Source: an uncultured Clostridia bacterium (GTDB lineage: Bacteria > Bacillota > Clostridia > Oscillospirales > Ruminococcaceae). From it: a stretch of DNA of 64,000 nt. The notes under the pieces were generated by a model, which was not told the origin of the DNA, made no database searches, and saw only the letters and a list, made by a program, of their open reading frames with translations. Positions 1-8,738 of this stretch are shown here, in pieces (position 1 is the stretch's first letter; each line of letters opens with the position of its first letter). The stretch is taken from NCBI GenBank assembly GCA_944387335.1, contig CALXEM010000069.1:9961-73960 (forward strand). The letters are read 5' to 3'. Both the position numbers and the translations under genes were made by a program.

Positions 1-1520
1 GAAAGCACCTGTCATCTGCAAAGCTTATTGAGATAAAGCAGATAAATCTCGACAGAATGGTGCATTTTATTTTCGAGAGCATAAACGAGATGGGCGACCT
101 TGTAAAAATTACACTCGCCGTCGAGATTATGGGTAGACATTCCAACATCATACTGATAGGCGAGGACAACAGAATAATAGACGCGGTAAAGCGTATTGAC
201 GAAAATATGTCGGGTGTGCGTCAGGTACTGCCGGGTATGCAGTTTACACTGCCGCCGTCGCAGGACAAGTTCAATATACTTGAATCAGAGCCGTCAGAGA
301 TAGTAGATAAAGTATTAAACGGACGCGATATACCGCTTTCAAAGGCGCTGACAGAACAGCTCATGGGAATAGCTCCGCTTGTCACAAGGGAGCTGTCGCA
401 CTATGTCACTCATTCAAACGACGAGGTGGTTTCCGAGCTGACTCCTGACAGGCGCGACAAGCTTTTATTTGCACTTACAAATTTAAAGGACCTATTGCTT
501 GAGCACAGGGATACTCCCACAATGCTGTGCGACAAAAAGGGCACGCCAAAGGATTTTTCATTTATCGACATTCACCAGTACGGATACACATATATAACAA
601 AGCAGTTTGAGAGCTATTCCGAGCTGCTTGACAGCTTTTACAGCGAGCGCGACGCTGCGGAGAGAATGAAACAGCGCTCACATGACCTGTTAAAGCTGCT
701 TGTGAACACGTCCGACAGGATAATGAGAAAGCTTGCGGTGCAGAAAGAGGAGCTTGCGGCGAGCGAAAATCGTGAACAGCTGAAAATTTACGGTGACCTT
801 TTGAGTGCAAATATGTATATGCTCGAAAAGGGAATGAACAGCGTAGAGGTAGTGGATTTTTACTCCGAGGACGCAAAAAACGTCAAAATTGAGCTTGACC
901 CGACGCTCACGCCGTCGCAGAATATACAGAGATATTATCAGGAATACAGAAAAGCCGATACAGCCGAAAAAATGCTCATACAGTTAATAGAGCAGGGCGA
1001 GGCTGAGGCAGAGTATATAGACTCGGTGTTTGACCAGCTTACAAGAATACGCCGCGAGGACGAATTAAACGCCATACGCGAGGAGCTTGCAAGTCAGGGT
1101 TACATCAAAAACTATCACTACAAGAACAAAAAGCCTGTCAAGCTAAGTCCTATCAAATATATCTCTTCCGACGGCTTTACGATACTGGTTGGCAGAAACA
1201 ACATACAAAACGACAGGCTCACCCTAAAGGACAGCCGAAATTACGATATATGGTTCCACACACAGAAAATCCCCGGCTCGCACACAGTAGTGGTGTCGGA
1301 TTCCAAAGAGGTGCCGAACTCTACCTTGGAGGAGGCGGCGATTATTGCGGCATACAACAGCAAGGCGAGAAATTCCGCTCAGGTGCCTGTGGACTATACG
1401 CTTATTAAAAACATAAAGAAACCAGTCGGCGCAAAACCCGGCATGGTTATATACAACACGTATCAGACTGCTTATGTAACGCCTGACGAAGAGCTAGTAA
1501 ACAGTCTGCTGGCAAAATAG
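1..1520 (+). CDS. rqcH: Ribosome quality control protein RqcH (NFACT / fibronectin-binding protein A family), C-terminal ~500 aa; the 5' end lies outside the window
   Basis: The reading frame stays open back to base 3 (KHLSSAKLIEIKQINLDRMV...), so the ORF-track Met at 57 is internal. There is a coiled-coil middle region. The C-terminal NFACT-R/DUF814-type motif is SSDGFTILVGRNNIQNDRLT...DIWFHTQKIPGSHTVV. Confidence 0.85.
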   Translation, partial: KHLSSAKLIEIKQINLDRMVHFIFESINEMGDLVKITLAVEIMGRHSNIILIGEDNRIIDAVKRIDENMSGVRQVLPGMQFTLPPSQDKFNILESEPSEIVDKVLNGRDIPLSKALTEQLMGIAPLVTRELSHYVTHSNDEVVSELTPDRRDKLLFALTNLKDLLLEHRDTPTMLCDKKGTPKDFSFIDIHQYGYTYITKQFESYSELLDSFYSERDAAERMKQRSHDLLKLLVNTSDRIMRKLAVQKEELAASENREQLKIYGDLLSANMYMLEKGMNSVEVVDFYSEDAKNVKIELDPTLTPSQNIQRYYQEYRKADTAEKMLIQLIEQGEAEAEYIDSVFDQLTRIRREDELNAIREELASQGYIKNYHYKNKKPVKLSPIKYISSDGFTILVGRNNIQNDRLTLKDSRNYDIWFHTQKIPGSHTVVVSDSKEVPNSTLEEAAIIAAYNSKARNSAQVPVDYTLIKNIKKPVGAKPGMVIYNTYQTAYVTPDEELVNSLLAK

Positions 1521-1523
1521 GGA

Positions 1524-1889
1524 GTGAGTATTTTGGATAAAGTTTTATTTATAGGCTATGACGGCTGTTCCACCTGTAAAAAGGCTAAAAAGTGGCTGCG
1601 TGACAACTCAGTTGAGTTTGAGGACAGAGCTATAAAGGAAAATGCTCCGACAATTTCGGAGCTTAATGAATGGATACCGAAAAGTAAACTCGACATAAAA
1701 AAGTGGTTTAACACAAGCGGTCAGAAATACAGAGAGCTTGCATTAAAAGATAAATTGCCGTCCATGAGTGATGATGAGATGATAGAGGTTTTATCCTCCG
1801 ACGGTATGCTTGTAAAAAGGCCTGTGCTGATATACGGTGAAAAAGTGCTTTTAGGCTTTAAACAGGCAGATTGGGAAGCACTTTTATAG
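1524..1889 (+). CDS. ArsC/Spx/YffB-family thioredoxin-fold protein (arsenate reductase family protein)
   Basis: 121 aa. GTG start 3 nt after the rqcH stop. N-terminal CSTCKKAKKWL motif and C-terminal LVKRPVL...GF pattern, both typical of the ArsC/YffB family. Confidence 0.75.
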   Translation: MSILDKVLFIGYDGCSTCKKAKKWLRDNSVEFEDRAIKENAPTISELNEWIPKSKLDIKKWFNTSGQKYRELALKDKLPSMSDDEMIEVLSSDGMLVKRPVLIYGEKVLLGFKQADWEALL

Positions 1890-1910
1890 AATTTTATATC
1901 ATTAAAAGGA

Positions 1911-1960
1911 ATACCGATAAAACGATTGAGCTTATAAGTCGTTTTATCGGTATTTTCTGT
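1911..1960 (+). terminator. Rho-independent terminator after the ArsC-family gene
   Basis: 15-bp perfect stem ataccgataaaacga / tcgttttatcggtat followed by a T-rich tract. Confidence 0.8.
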
Positions 1961-2120
1961 TTTTAAGACGTTTTTGTAAATAAAAAGCTATTTTCGACAA
2001 AATTCGACACAATAATTCTAAATACAGTCACATAATGAAATTTGTAAGAGGTGTGAATAATTCACACTTTTATTTATTCGGGAAGAAAAATACTGTGTTT
2101 AAAAGGGGATGATAAAAAAT

Positions 2121-2402
2121 ATGATTTTGAACGACGGCGACAGAGAAGTTTTAATATATATCGGTCAAAGTATAAGAAATTACAGAAAAACAAAAGAGAT
2201 GAGTATTTCAAAATTAGCAGCAATTACGGATATTGACCCGACATACTTAATAAGAATAGAAAAGGGTGCCAATTTGAGCGTTGTAGTGTTGTGCAGAATA
2301 TTAAACGGACTGCAAATCGGCATAGAGGACGTTATGCCTGTTGAGTATTTCAGTTTACATAAGAGTTCAACGGGAAGCGGCAGTAAAATAAATGACAAAT
2401 AA
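2121..2402 (+). CDS. XRE-family helix-turn-helix transcriptional regulator
   Basis: HTH_3-like segment IGQSIRNYRKTKEMSISKLAAITDIDPTYLIRIEKGANLSVVVLCRI. The ORF-track ATG at 2109 directly abuts the AGGGG SD, so the ATG at 2121 (12-nt spacing) is preferred. Confidence 0.8.
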   Translation: MILNDGDREVLIYIGQSIRNYRKTKEMSISKLAAITDIDPTYLIRIEKGANLSVVVLCRILNGLQIGIEDVMPVEYFSLHKSSTGSGSKINDK

Positions 2403-2521
2403 TACCCCTTTAGATTGATAAAATAAAATTATTATGGTACTATTTTCTTATCCATAAGGCATAAATTAGTTTGATTTTAATATTAAATCAAGCAAATTGA
2501 GCCGTAATTGTATATCTGATT

Positions 2522-4462
2522 ATGAAAGGAATGATTGCTGCTATGGGTATAATTACCGTTGAAAGTGCAAATTCAAATGTTAAGCTTAAATTTGACGACT
2601 GCACTCTTGCGTTTACTGTTGTTGCCGATTCAAAGGAATGGAAATGGTCGGATAGCTATAAGGCAAAGATAGTCTGCAAAGATGACAAGGAGATTTATTT
2701 TTCCGAAGCTTCATCAATCCGCCACAGTGTATGGAAAACAGGTGTAGGAAGCGGAATACGCACAACTTATAAGGGTTTTGCTGTTGACGGCAAAGATGTA
2801 GACTTTTCCTTTGAGACAATAGCATGGATAGAGGACGTTACAGGTGATGTGTACTTCGAGCTTGTACCGCTCAACGACAACGGACTTGATGTTAAGGCTG
2901 TTTACTGGCCAGGATATATGGAGTTTGACGAGAACAGCGAAAAGTGGTACAGCGTTCTGAATATTCTTCAGGGTATCATACTGCCTAACAACTGGGAGAA
3001 TGAGCTGACAAAGCTCGGCTTTGACGGACAGATGTGCAGCAATACAGCATATATGCCGTGGTTCGGTCAGGTAAGACCTGACGCAGGATATATTGCTATT
3101 TGTCAGCACCCGTGGGATGCGGCTTATCAGGTTGACCATCCTGCAAACGGCCCTTATTCCCATGTGTCGGTACGCTGGCTGCCAAGCCTTGGAAAGATGT
3201 CATACCGCCGTGTTATGAAATACTCTTTCTTAAATAAGTGCGACTATAACGACCTGTGTAAGGTTTACAGAAACTATGTAAAGGAGACAGGTCTCTTTAC
3301 TTCACTTGCAGAAAAAGCGGCTAAAACTCCGCTTGTAGATAAGCTTATCGGTTCTGCTATCGTACATAAGGGTATAAAAACTCATGTTGCGCCCGGTTCA
3401 TATTACTATGACAAGGAGCACCCAGAGAAAAACGACCATCTTGTACCTTTCTCCACACGTACAGCAGAGATTAAACACTATAAAGAAAAGGGCGTTGAAA
3501 AACTCTACCTCCACCTTGACGGTTGGGGAGACCCTGGTTATGACAACAAACACCCTGACTATCTGCCGGCTTGTAAAGAGGCAGGCGGCTGGGAGGGCTT
3601 AAAAGAGCTTTCCGATACAATAAAAGACTGCGGATATATGTTCGGACTTCACGACCAGTACCGTGACTATTACTTTGACGCTCCAACATTTGACCGTGAT
3701 TTTGCTTGTCAGGCACCTGACGGCTCAATCTTTGAGATGGCTCGCTGGGCAGGCGGCAGACAGACATATCTGTGCGCTACACAGGCTCCGTACTATGTAA
3801 AGCGTAACTTTGAGGAAGTATTCAAGCACGGAATACACCTTGAGGCAACATATCTTGACGTTTTCACCTGTAATGAGGGCGATGAGTGTGATAACCCATG
3901 GCACAGAATGACAAGAAAAGAGTGCTTTGAGTACAGAAATGCCTGCTTTGAGTACCTCTTGTCAAGAAACATTCTCCCAAGCTCCGAGGAAGTAACAGAC
4001 TGGGCAATGAAGAGCCTTGTATTTGCTCACTACGGACCGTATGACTTCATGCTCGAGGCTCCGGGAACACCTAGAAAGGGTATTCCGACACCTCTGTTTA
4101 ACCTGGTATACCACGACTGCCTCATTCTGCCATGGCTTATGGATAAGATAGAGGGTCAGGAGGACTATATGCTGTATGCTCTTCTCAACGGAGGCGCAGC
4201 TTACATGGATAAGGACGGAGCATATCCGAATACAGATGGTGCGTTTGACGACGCAGCTGTTGAACAGCATCTCGATGAGGAGATTGCACGTTACAGAATA
4301 GTAGCCGAGCTTCAGGAGAAAATCGCTAAATGCGAGATGGTACGCCACGAATTCCTCAACAATGACTGGAAACAGCAGCGCACAACCTTCAGCGACGGCA
4401 CACAGGTAACTGTAAACTTTAACGACAACACTTACGACATTAAACTCGGCAAGAATAAATAA
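2522..4462 (+). CDS. Putative intracellular glycoside hydrolase, TIM-barrel type (GH101/GH129- or DUF5696-like; family not resolved)
   Basis: 646-aa ORF with no signal peptide. Motifs: LHLDGWGDPGYDNKHPDYLP, an ATYLDVFT candidate nucleophile Asp and an SSEEVTDW candidate acid/base Glu. The start could instead be the ATG at 2543 (MGIITVE), which has better SD spacing. Confidence 0.5.
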   Translation: MKGMIAAMGIITVESANSNVKLKFDDCTLAFTVVADSKEWKWSDSYKAKIVCKDDKEIYFSEASSIRHSVWKTGVGSGIRTTYKGFAVDGKDVDFSFETIAWIEDVTGDVYFELVPLNDNGLDVKAVYWPGYMEFDENSEKWYSVLNILQGIILPNNWENELTKLGFDGQMCSNTAYMPWFGQVRPDAGYIAICQHPWDAAYQVDHPANGPYSHVSVRWLPSLGKMSYRRVMKYSFLNKCDYNDLCKVYRNYVKETGLFTSLAEKAAKTPLVDKLIGSAIVHKGIKTHVAPGSYYYDKEHPEKNDHLVPFSTRTAEIKHYKEKGVEKLYLHLDGWGDPGYDNKHPDYLPACKEAGGWEGLKELSDTIKDCGYMFGLHDQYRDYYFDAPTFDRDFACQAPDGSIFEMARWAGGRQTYLCATQAPYYVKRNFEEVFKHGIHLEATYLDVFTCNEGDECDNPWHRMTRKECFEYRNACFEYLLSRNILPSSEEVTDWAMKSLVFAHYGPYDFMLEAPGTPRKGIPTPLFNLVYHDCLILPWLMDKIEGQEDYMLYALLNGGAAYMDKDGAYPNTDGAFDDAAVEQHLDEEIARYRIVAELQEKIAKCEMVRHEFLNNDWKQQRTTFSDGTQVTVNFNDNTYDIKLGKNK

Positions 4463-4472
4463 CTGAAATTAA

Positions 4473-4513
4473 AAGCGGACATCGGGATTTGAGCACTCGG
4501 TGTCCGCTTTTTG
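4473..4513 (+). terminator. Rho-independent terminator after the GH-like gene
   Basis: Hairpin gcggacatcggg...ctcggtgtccgc followed by ttttt. Confidence 0.75.
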
Positions 4514-4771
4514 CATATACGAATATTTAATTTTCCGCATAAAAGGGATTCTGCCCCCAACCGTCGGGAACCGGCTGGAGGCAGAAATTCGGAGAGATTT
4601 TATGTCAAATAATTAGATAAAAGCAATAATACGTGTAGGTGTATATTGTGTGTATAACACGTGTACATCTCAACACATATTATAGCAAAAGAAATTCATA
4701 AAAGCAAATAAATTCTAGAGAAAAATATTAAAATATTATTACTTTTTTTGTAGTATTTACTTAAATTAACT

Positions 4772-5053
4772 CTATTTTAAAAGATGTGAATATTCCGAGT
4801 GTTTTTCAAACCATTTTGCTGCATACGAGCAGGTAGGAATTATTTTTTCGCCGTTTTCGCTTATCTTTTTAACACATGCGTCCATCAGCTTTCCTGCAAC
4901 ACCCTGTCCCCGCAGGCATTCGCCTACAAATGTGTGGTTTATATTGCGCACACCGTCCTCACAGAGAGGAAAGTCTATCTCGGCAATAACTTTACCGTTT
5001 TCGTCAGTCATAAAAATGCGGTCATTTTCATATTGAAAGTTTAAGTTATCCAT
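4772..5053 (-). CDS. Small GNAT-like N-acetyltransferase domain protein (YjdJ-like)
   Basis: 93 aa. The motif RGQGVAGKLMDACVKKISENGEKIIPTCSYAAKWFEKH is typical of the short GNAT-like family. Confidence 0.7.
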   Translation of the reverse strand: MDNLNFQYENDRIFMTDENGKVIAEIDFPLCEDGVRNINHTFVGECLRGQGVAGKLMDACVKKISENGEKIIPTCSYAAKWFEKHSEYSHLLK

Positions 5054-5062
5054 TTAGGTTTA

Positions 5063-5989
5063 TCAGTCCTTTTTAATTTGATTTATTCCGTTTTTTGATA
5101 TATCGTCCTCAAGTCCGCTCTCATAGCTTTTACTGCCTATTATTTTGAGCAGCTTTTCGGCATCTATGCGTTTGTCCCAGTAATCGCAGGCAGCGTTTAT
5201 AAATACAGCGCCTAAATTTTCCGCGTCGTTTAACAGCTCAAAGCAGTCTTTGTTTGACGATTGCAATGTATAAGGGTTTACCCACGCTGTGTCAGGCAGT
5301 TTTAAAGGCGCGGCAGGTGTTACATGGCTTAAAATAAGCCCTTTATCTTTCATTATTGCCTTTTCCACAAATGAAAATACAGCTTTTTTTATTCCTGTAC
5401 GTGATTTTAAAAGACTTCTGACAGTGTACATGTTTTTAAACGCCTTTACAATATCGGCTTCCGCAATATCCATTGCATATACCTCTATGCACGCACGGCT
5501 GAAAAGCTCTGCTATTTCCTTTAATTCCTCTATCGACGGGGTAGGAGTGGAGTGGTCCTGCGGTATTAAGGCGTCGCCGAAGTCCTTTTTGTGCAGATGG
5601 CTGTCCAGTGCAATCTCAAAAAAGCCGTGTCCCTGTATTATAGCATACGGCGCACCGTTGGCAGTAGTTATATACTCCACATACGGGTGCATTGTGAGGT
5701 CGGTTGCATAATGCGTCAAGAAGCCGAGAGCATATGCCTTTTGTGACGGTTTAACGGCGTTTTTTATAAGTGAAAACAAAAATGCGCCTGTCTTTTCCTT
5801 GTGCATTCTTCCGCCGAAGAAAGGTAAATCGGGGTGGCGTTTCGCACTTTTTTTCCAAACCTCTCTAAAAAAAAGCGGGTCAGGACCGTTTGTACCTGCG
5901 CCGAAAGCGAGCAGATTGGCAGTTTTTTTAATATTGCTTTTATGAAGTGCATTTGTGCCTGTACGTACATGTGTATAGCCTTCGGGCAT
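5063..5989 (-). CDS. Zinc-dependent phospholipase C family protein
   Basis: Starts MPEGYTHV. Has LTHYATDLTMHPYVEY and GHGFFE His-rich motifs. The ORF-track TTG at 6007 overlaps the GGAGG SD. The ATG at 5989 lies 7 nt after GGAGGT. Confidence 0.65.
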   Translation of the reverse strand: MPEGYTHVRTGTNALHKSNIKKTANLLAFGAGTNGPDPLFFREVWKKSAKRHPDLPFFGGRMHKEKTGAFLFSLIKNAVKPSQKAYALGFLTHYATDLTMHPYVEYITTANGAPYAIIQGHGFFEIALDSHLHKKDFGDALIPQDHSTPTPSIEELKEIAELFSRACIEVYAMDIAEADIVKAFKNMYTVRSLLKSRTGIKKAVFSFVEKAIMKDKGLILSHVTPAAPLKLPDTAWVNPYTLQSSNKDCFELLNDAENLGAVFINAACDYWDKRIDAEKLLKIIGSKSYESGLEDDISKNGINQIKKD

Positions 5990-6012
5990 TTGTATTACCT
6001 CCGTCAATAAAA

Positions 6013-7368
6013 TTACTGTTCAGTCTTTTTTGTGAATTTAGGCAGTACAAAGAAGAAAAGTCCTGCGCCGATAAAGAATATAATAAGAATACTCAAAACT
6101 CCCCACGGAGCTGCCTGTCTGCTTACTTCTTCAAGAATTTCTGCCGATGCGTTTTCGGGTATAGCGTTTTTAGAGCGTATAATCTGAGCGGCTACCGATG
6201 AAGTAAACGCAACGAGGCTAGGTCCCATTATTGCAGAGAATTTACCGAAAATATCATAAAATCCGAAAAATTCTCCTGAACGGGATTTGTCAGGTATCAT
6301 TTTACCGAACATACTGCGGCTCAATGCCTGTATACCGCCCTGGCTTGTAGCTACAAGTACAGCCAAAACCCAGAACTGCCAAATATCCTTTATAAAAAAC
6401 CCGAATACACAGATGAACATATAGATTATTATTCCTACGCCGACCATAAATTTTGCACCGAATTTTTCGGAAAGCTTTATGTAAATGAGGGCGAACGGAA
6501 GTCCTAAAATCTGCACGAGCAAAAGCGCTAAGAGCATTTCTGTTGAGCCAAGTCCGAGTGTGTCACCGTAAGAGGTGCTCATGTGGATTATTGTATTTAC
6601 GCCGTCAATATAAAAGAAATAAGCCAAAAGGAAAATAAATATCTGCTTTAGCTTTACAATATCCTTTATTGTTTTAACAAGGCCTTTTAGAGAATCCATA
6701 ACAGCGCCTTTTTTGTACTCAATACCGCTTTTTTGATTTACATTTTTGAGCATTGGTATGCTGAATACAAACCACCATACAGCAGTAAACGCAAATACGA
6801 AGCTTAAGCATATGAGTGTGTCGATACCGACAGCGTTCATAACAAGGAATATGAGCAGGGGAACGGTGCTTCCGCCTATGTATCCCATACCGTAACCCAT
6901 TGTGGAAACCTTATCCATGCGCTCGTGGGTTGTTACATCAGTTAAAAAGCTGTCATAATATATATTTGCACCGGAAAATCCGATTTGGCTCACTACATAC
7001 AGAATCAGTACAGCAATTCCGACCTTTTCTGCTGTTTGGCGCACTGTGAAGTCGATGAACGGAGTTATAGCCATAAAAGCACACGAAATTGAGCCGATTA
7101 CCATAAATGCGGCAAAGAGTTTTTTTCTCATTCCCCAAAAGTCGCCGAACGCACCGAGTATAGGCGCTAAAAGAGCAACTACAAGCATGGCTATACTTGT
7201 AACATATCCCCATGTATTCATGCCTGAGGCTGAATCAGCTGTGAAAGATGCAATAGTGTTGTAGAATATAGGCAGAATGGTTACGATTATTACACTGTGC
7301 GCTGAGTTCGCCCAGTCGTACATCATCCAGCTTTTTTCCTCTTTGGTAAAGCTCTTTAAAATCCCCAT
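6013..7368 (-). CDS. MFS transporter, UMF1 (Atg22-like) family
   Basis: The family-typical N-terminus MGILKSFTKEEKSWMMYDWANSAHS starts at ATG 7368, preceded by AAGGAAG. About 12 hydrophobic segments. The upstream 61 codons of the ORF-track call are AT-rich non-coding-like sequence. Confidence 0.85.
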   Translation of the reverse strand: MGILKSFTKEEKSWMMYDWANSAHSVIIVTILPIFYNTIASFTADSASGMNTWGYVTSIAMLVVALLAPILGAFGDFWGMRKKLFAAFMVIGSISCAFMAITPFIDFTVRQTAEKVGIAVLILYVVSQIGFSGANIYYDSFLTDVTTHERMDKVSTMGYGMGYIGGSTVPLLIFLVMNAVGIDTLICLSFVFAFTAVWWFVFSIPMLKNVNQKSGIEYKKGAVMDSLKGLVKTIKDIVKLKQIFIFLLAYFFYIDGVNTIIHMSTSYGDTLGLGSTEMLLALLLVQILGLPFALIYIKLSEKFGAKFMVGVGIIIYMFICVFGFFIKDIWQFWVLAVLVATSQGGIQALSRSMFGKMIPDKSRSGEFFGFYDIFGKFSAIMGPSLVAFTSSVAAQIIRSKNAIPENASAEILEEVSRQAAPWGVLSILIIFFIGAGLFFFVLPKFTKKTEQ

Positions 7369-7512
7369 AAAATCTTCCTTCCGTAAATGGTTTATTTCTT
7401 TTTTTATATAATTATATAGTAACAATTTTTTGTCAAAAGGGCAATAAAACATAATGTTAATTTTGTGGTCACTTTGACGATTATAAAGCTCAATATTACG
7501 ACATATAATTGA

Positions 7513-7541
7513 TTGACAGACATTTGTTTGTATGATATAAT
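7513..7541 (+). promoter_or_regulatory. Near-consensus sigma-70/SigA promoter for tRNA-Leu(TAG)
   Basis: TTGACA (7513-7518), 17-nt spacer, TGaTATAAT (TATAAT at 7536-7541). Located 14 nt upstream of the tRNA 5' end. Confidence 0.7.
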
Positions 7542-7554
7542 AATTTAGCATTTT

Positions 7555-7639
7555 GCGGATGTGGCGGAATTGGCAGACGCGCTAGATTTAGGCTCTAGTG
7601 GGTAACCCCGTGAGTGTTCAAGTCACTTCATCCGCACCA
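7555..7639 (+). tRNA. tRNA-Leu (anticodon TAG), class II with long variable arm, CCA encoded
   Basis: Acceptor stem gcggatg/catccgc. Anticodon stem ctaga/tctag with loop tt-TAG-gc. Variable arm tgggtaaccccgt. T arm gagtgttcaagtcactt. 3' acca. Confidence 0.9.
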
Positions 7640-7705
7640 GTCGAGAGCCTCGACGCGCTTTTCGCGTTCGGGGCTTTTTCTTTTAAATAAATTGAGGTGC
7701 CCGCG
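7638..7705 (+). repeat. Direct repeat copy A1 (tRNA-Leu 3' flank including its terminator hairpin)
   Basis: cagtcgagagcctcgacgcgcttttcgcgttcggggctttttcttttaaataaattgaggtgcccgcg. Repeated at about 90 percent identity at 7833-7899. Confidence 0.85.
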
Positions 7706-7832
7706 ATCATGGTATGCATCTTTTTAGTCCGTATTTACAATTTTACGCTGGACCCAATTTGTTTCGGGTTCAGCGTTATTTTTTGTTTTATTGCTCGACC
7801 CATTGGCATAGCATCTTTTCAGTCCCTCTTTA

Positions 7833-7899
7833 CAGTCGAGAGCCTCGACTGTTTTTCGCGTCCGGGGATTTTTCTTTTAAATAAATTGAGGTGCCCGCG
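7833..7899 (+). repeat. Direct repeat copy A2 (no tRNA in front of it)
   Basis: cagtcgagagcctcgactgtttttcgcgtccggggatttttcttttaaataaattgaggtgcccgcg. It is preceded by the degenerate motif gcatcttttcagtccctctttaca (7811-7834), which also occurs at 7716-7739. Confidence 0.85.
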
Positions 7900-7958
7900 C
7901 TCAAAGCATAGTATTTTTCTAAATAGTTATAGCACGTCATTTAGTATTTGTTTTGGTG

Positions 7959-7996
7959 AAAAAGCCACGGCGGAATATTTTCCGCCGTGGCTTTTT
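7959..7996. terminator. Bidirectional rho-independent terminator
   Basis: aaaaagccacggcgga / tccgccgtggcttttt, flanked by A and T tracts. It terminates the minus-strand lipoprotein gene ending at 8030. Confidence 0.8.
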
Positions 7997-8029
7997 GCTA
8001 AGTGCATGTTTTTAAGTTTAAGTCAACCG

Positions 8030-8650
8030 TTATGCCCAAATCAATGCTTTTACAATAGCTGTATTGCCTGATTTAGTCAGAGAAAGAGTAACCGTAAATT
8101 CGGATTTACCATCTGACTGCGCTATTTTATCCTTTGCGCCGTCTCTGCTGTCAGTAATCCAGTAATCATTTGACCATGAACTATCCTTTTCGATGTTGAG
8201 AAAGCTTTCTTCGGTCAAATCAGATAGTGAAGGACTTTTCTCATAATTGTCAGGCTTTTTATAAGCTTTTTCAAATGTCTGTTCGGCGTTTTTGATGTAG
8301 CTGTAAGCATCTTTTAAAGATTTTTCTGTGTTTTCAGTAAAGAGATATTCAACCGATACTAAAACGTCATAAGCAAAGACCATTCTGACAGTGGCGTTTG
8401 TGCCGTTGTAATTAAACTGATCTTTTATAGTGAGGTTTACCTGATTTCCACCGTCCGATTCTGTTCGCTCGGATATGTTCTCTTCTTTTATTCCTATATG
8501 CTTGAGAACTTTATTTTCGCTGTAACCGAGCTGATTGTGGAAATCGGCTAAGTCGGCTTTTTTCATATCAATCTGACCGCATGCCGCAAGCGACAGGCAC
8601 ATTAGAGCAGAAAGTGATGCCGCGATAATTTTTTTGATTGCTGCTTTCAT
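8030..8650 (-). CDS. Lipoprotein of unknown function (paralog 1)
   Basis: Signal peptide plus lipobox MKAAIKKIIAASLSALMCLSLAAC. Collinear similarity to the neighbouring 203-aa protein, and both end in IWA. Confidence 0.8.
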   Translation of the reverse strand: MKAAIKKIIAASLSALMCLSLAACGQIDMKKADLADFHNQLGYSENKVLKHIGIKEENISERTESDGGNQVNLTIKDQFNYNGTNATVRMVFAYDVLVSVEYLFTENTEKSLKDAYSYIKNAEQTFEKAYKKPDNYEKSPSLSDLTEESFLNIEKDSSWSNDYWITDSRDGAKDKIAQSDGKSEFTVTLSLTKSGNTAIVKALIWA

Positions 8651-8738
8651 AAAATCACCATCAATTCTGCGTATATAACGCTTTAAAGTGTATTGTATTT
8701 TTGCAGTTTAGTTTTACAAGTTAAAACCGACACAGCAA

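Noticed and set aside
2109-2402. XRE regulator as the antitoxin of a toxin-antitoxin pair
   Set aside because: No small partner ORF lies upstream or downstream. The next gene is a 646-aa glycosidase-like protein 120 nt away.
4546-4590. GC-rich hairpin (ttctgcc-cccaaccgtcgggaaccggctgga-ggcagaa) in the spacer after the GH-like gene, considered as a small riboswitch
   Set aside because: It is too short. It matches no riboswitch consensus I know and no gene starts downstream on that strand. It is probably a secondary terminator or a fortuitous structure.
7697-8071. 124-aa plus-strand ORF across the tRNA-Leu repeat region
   Set aside because: It spans the duplicated terminator repeats and a bidirectional terminator. 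It has no SD and a hydrophobic junk-like composition. The region is better explained as non-coding repeats.
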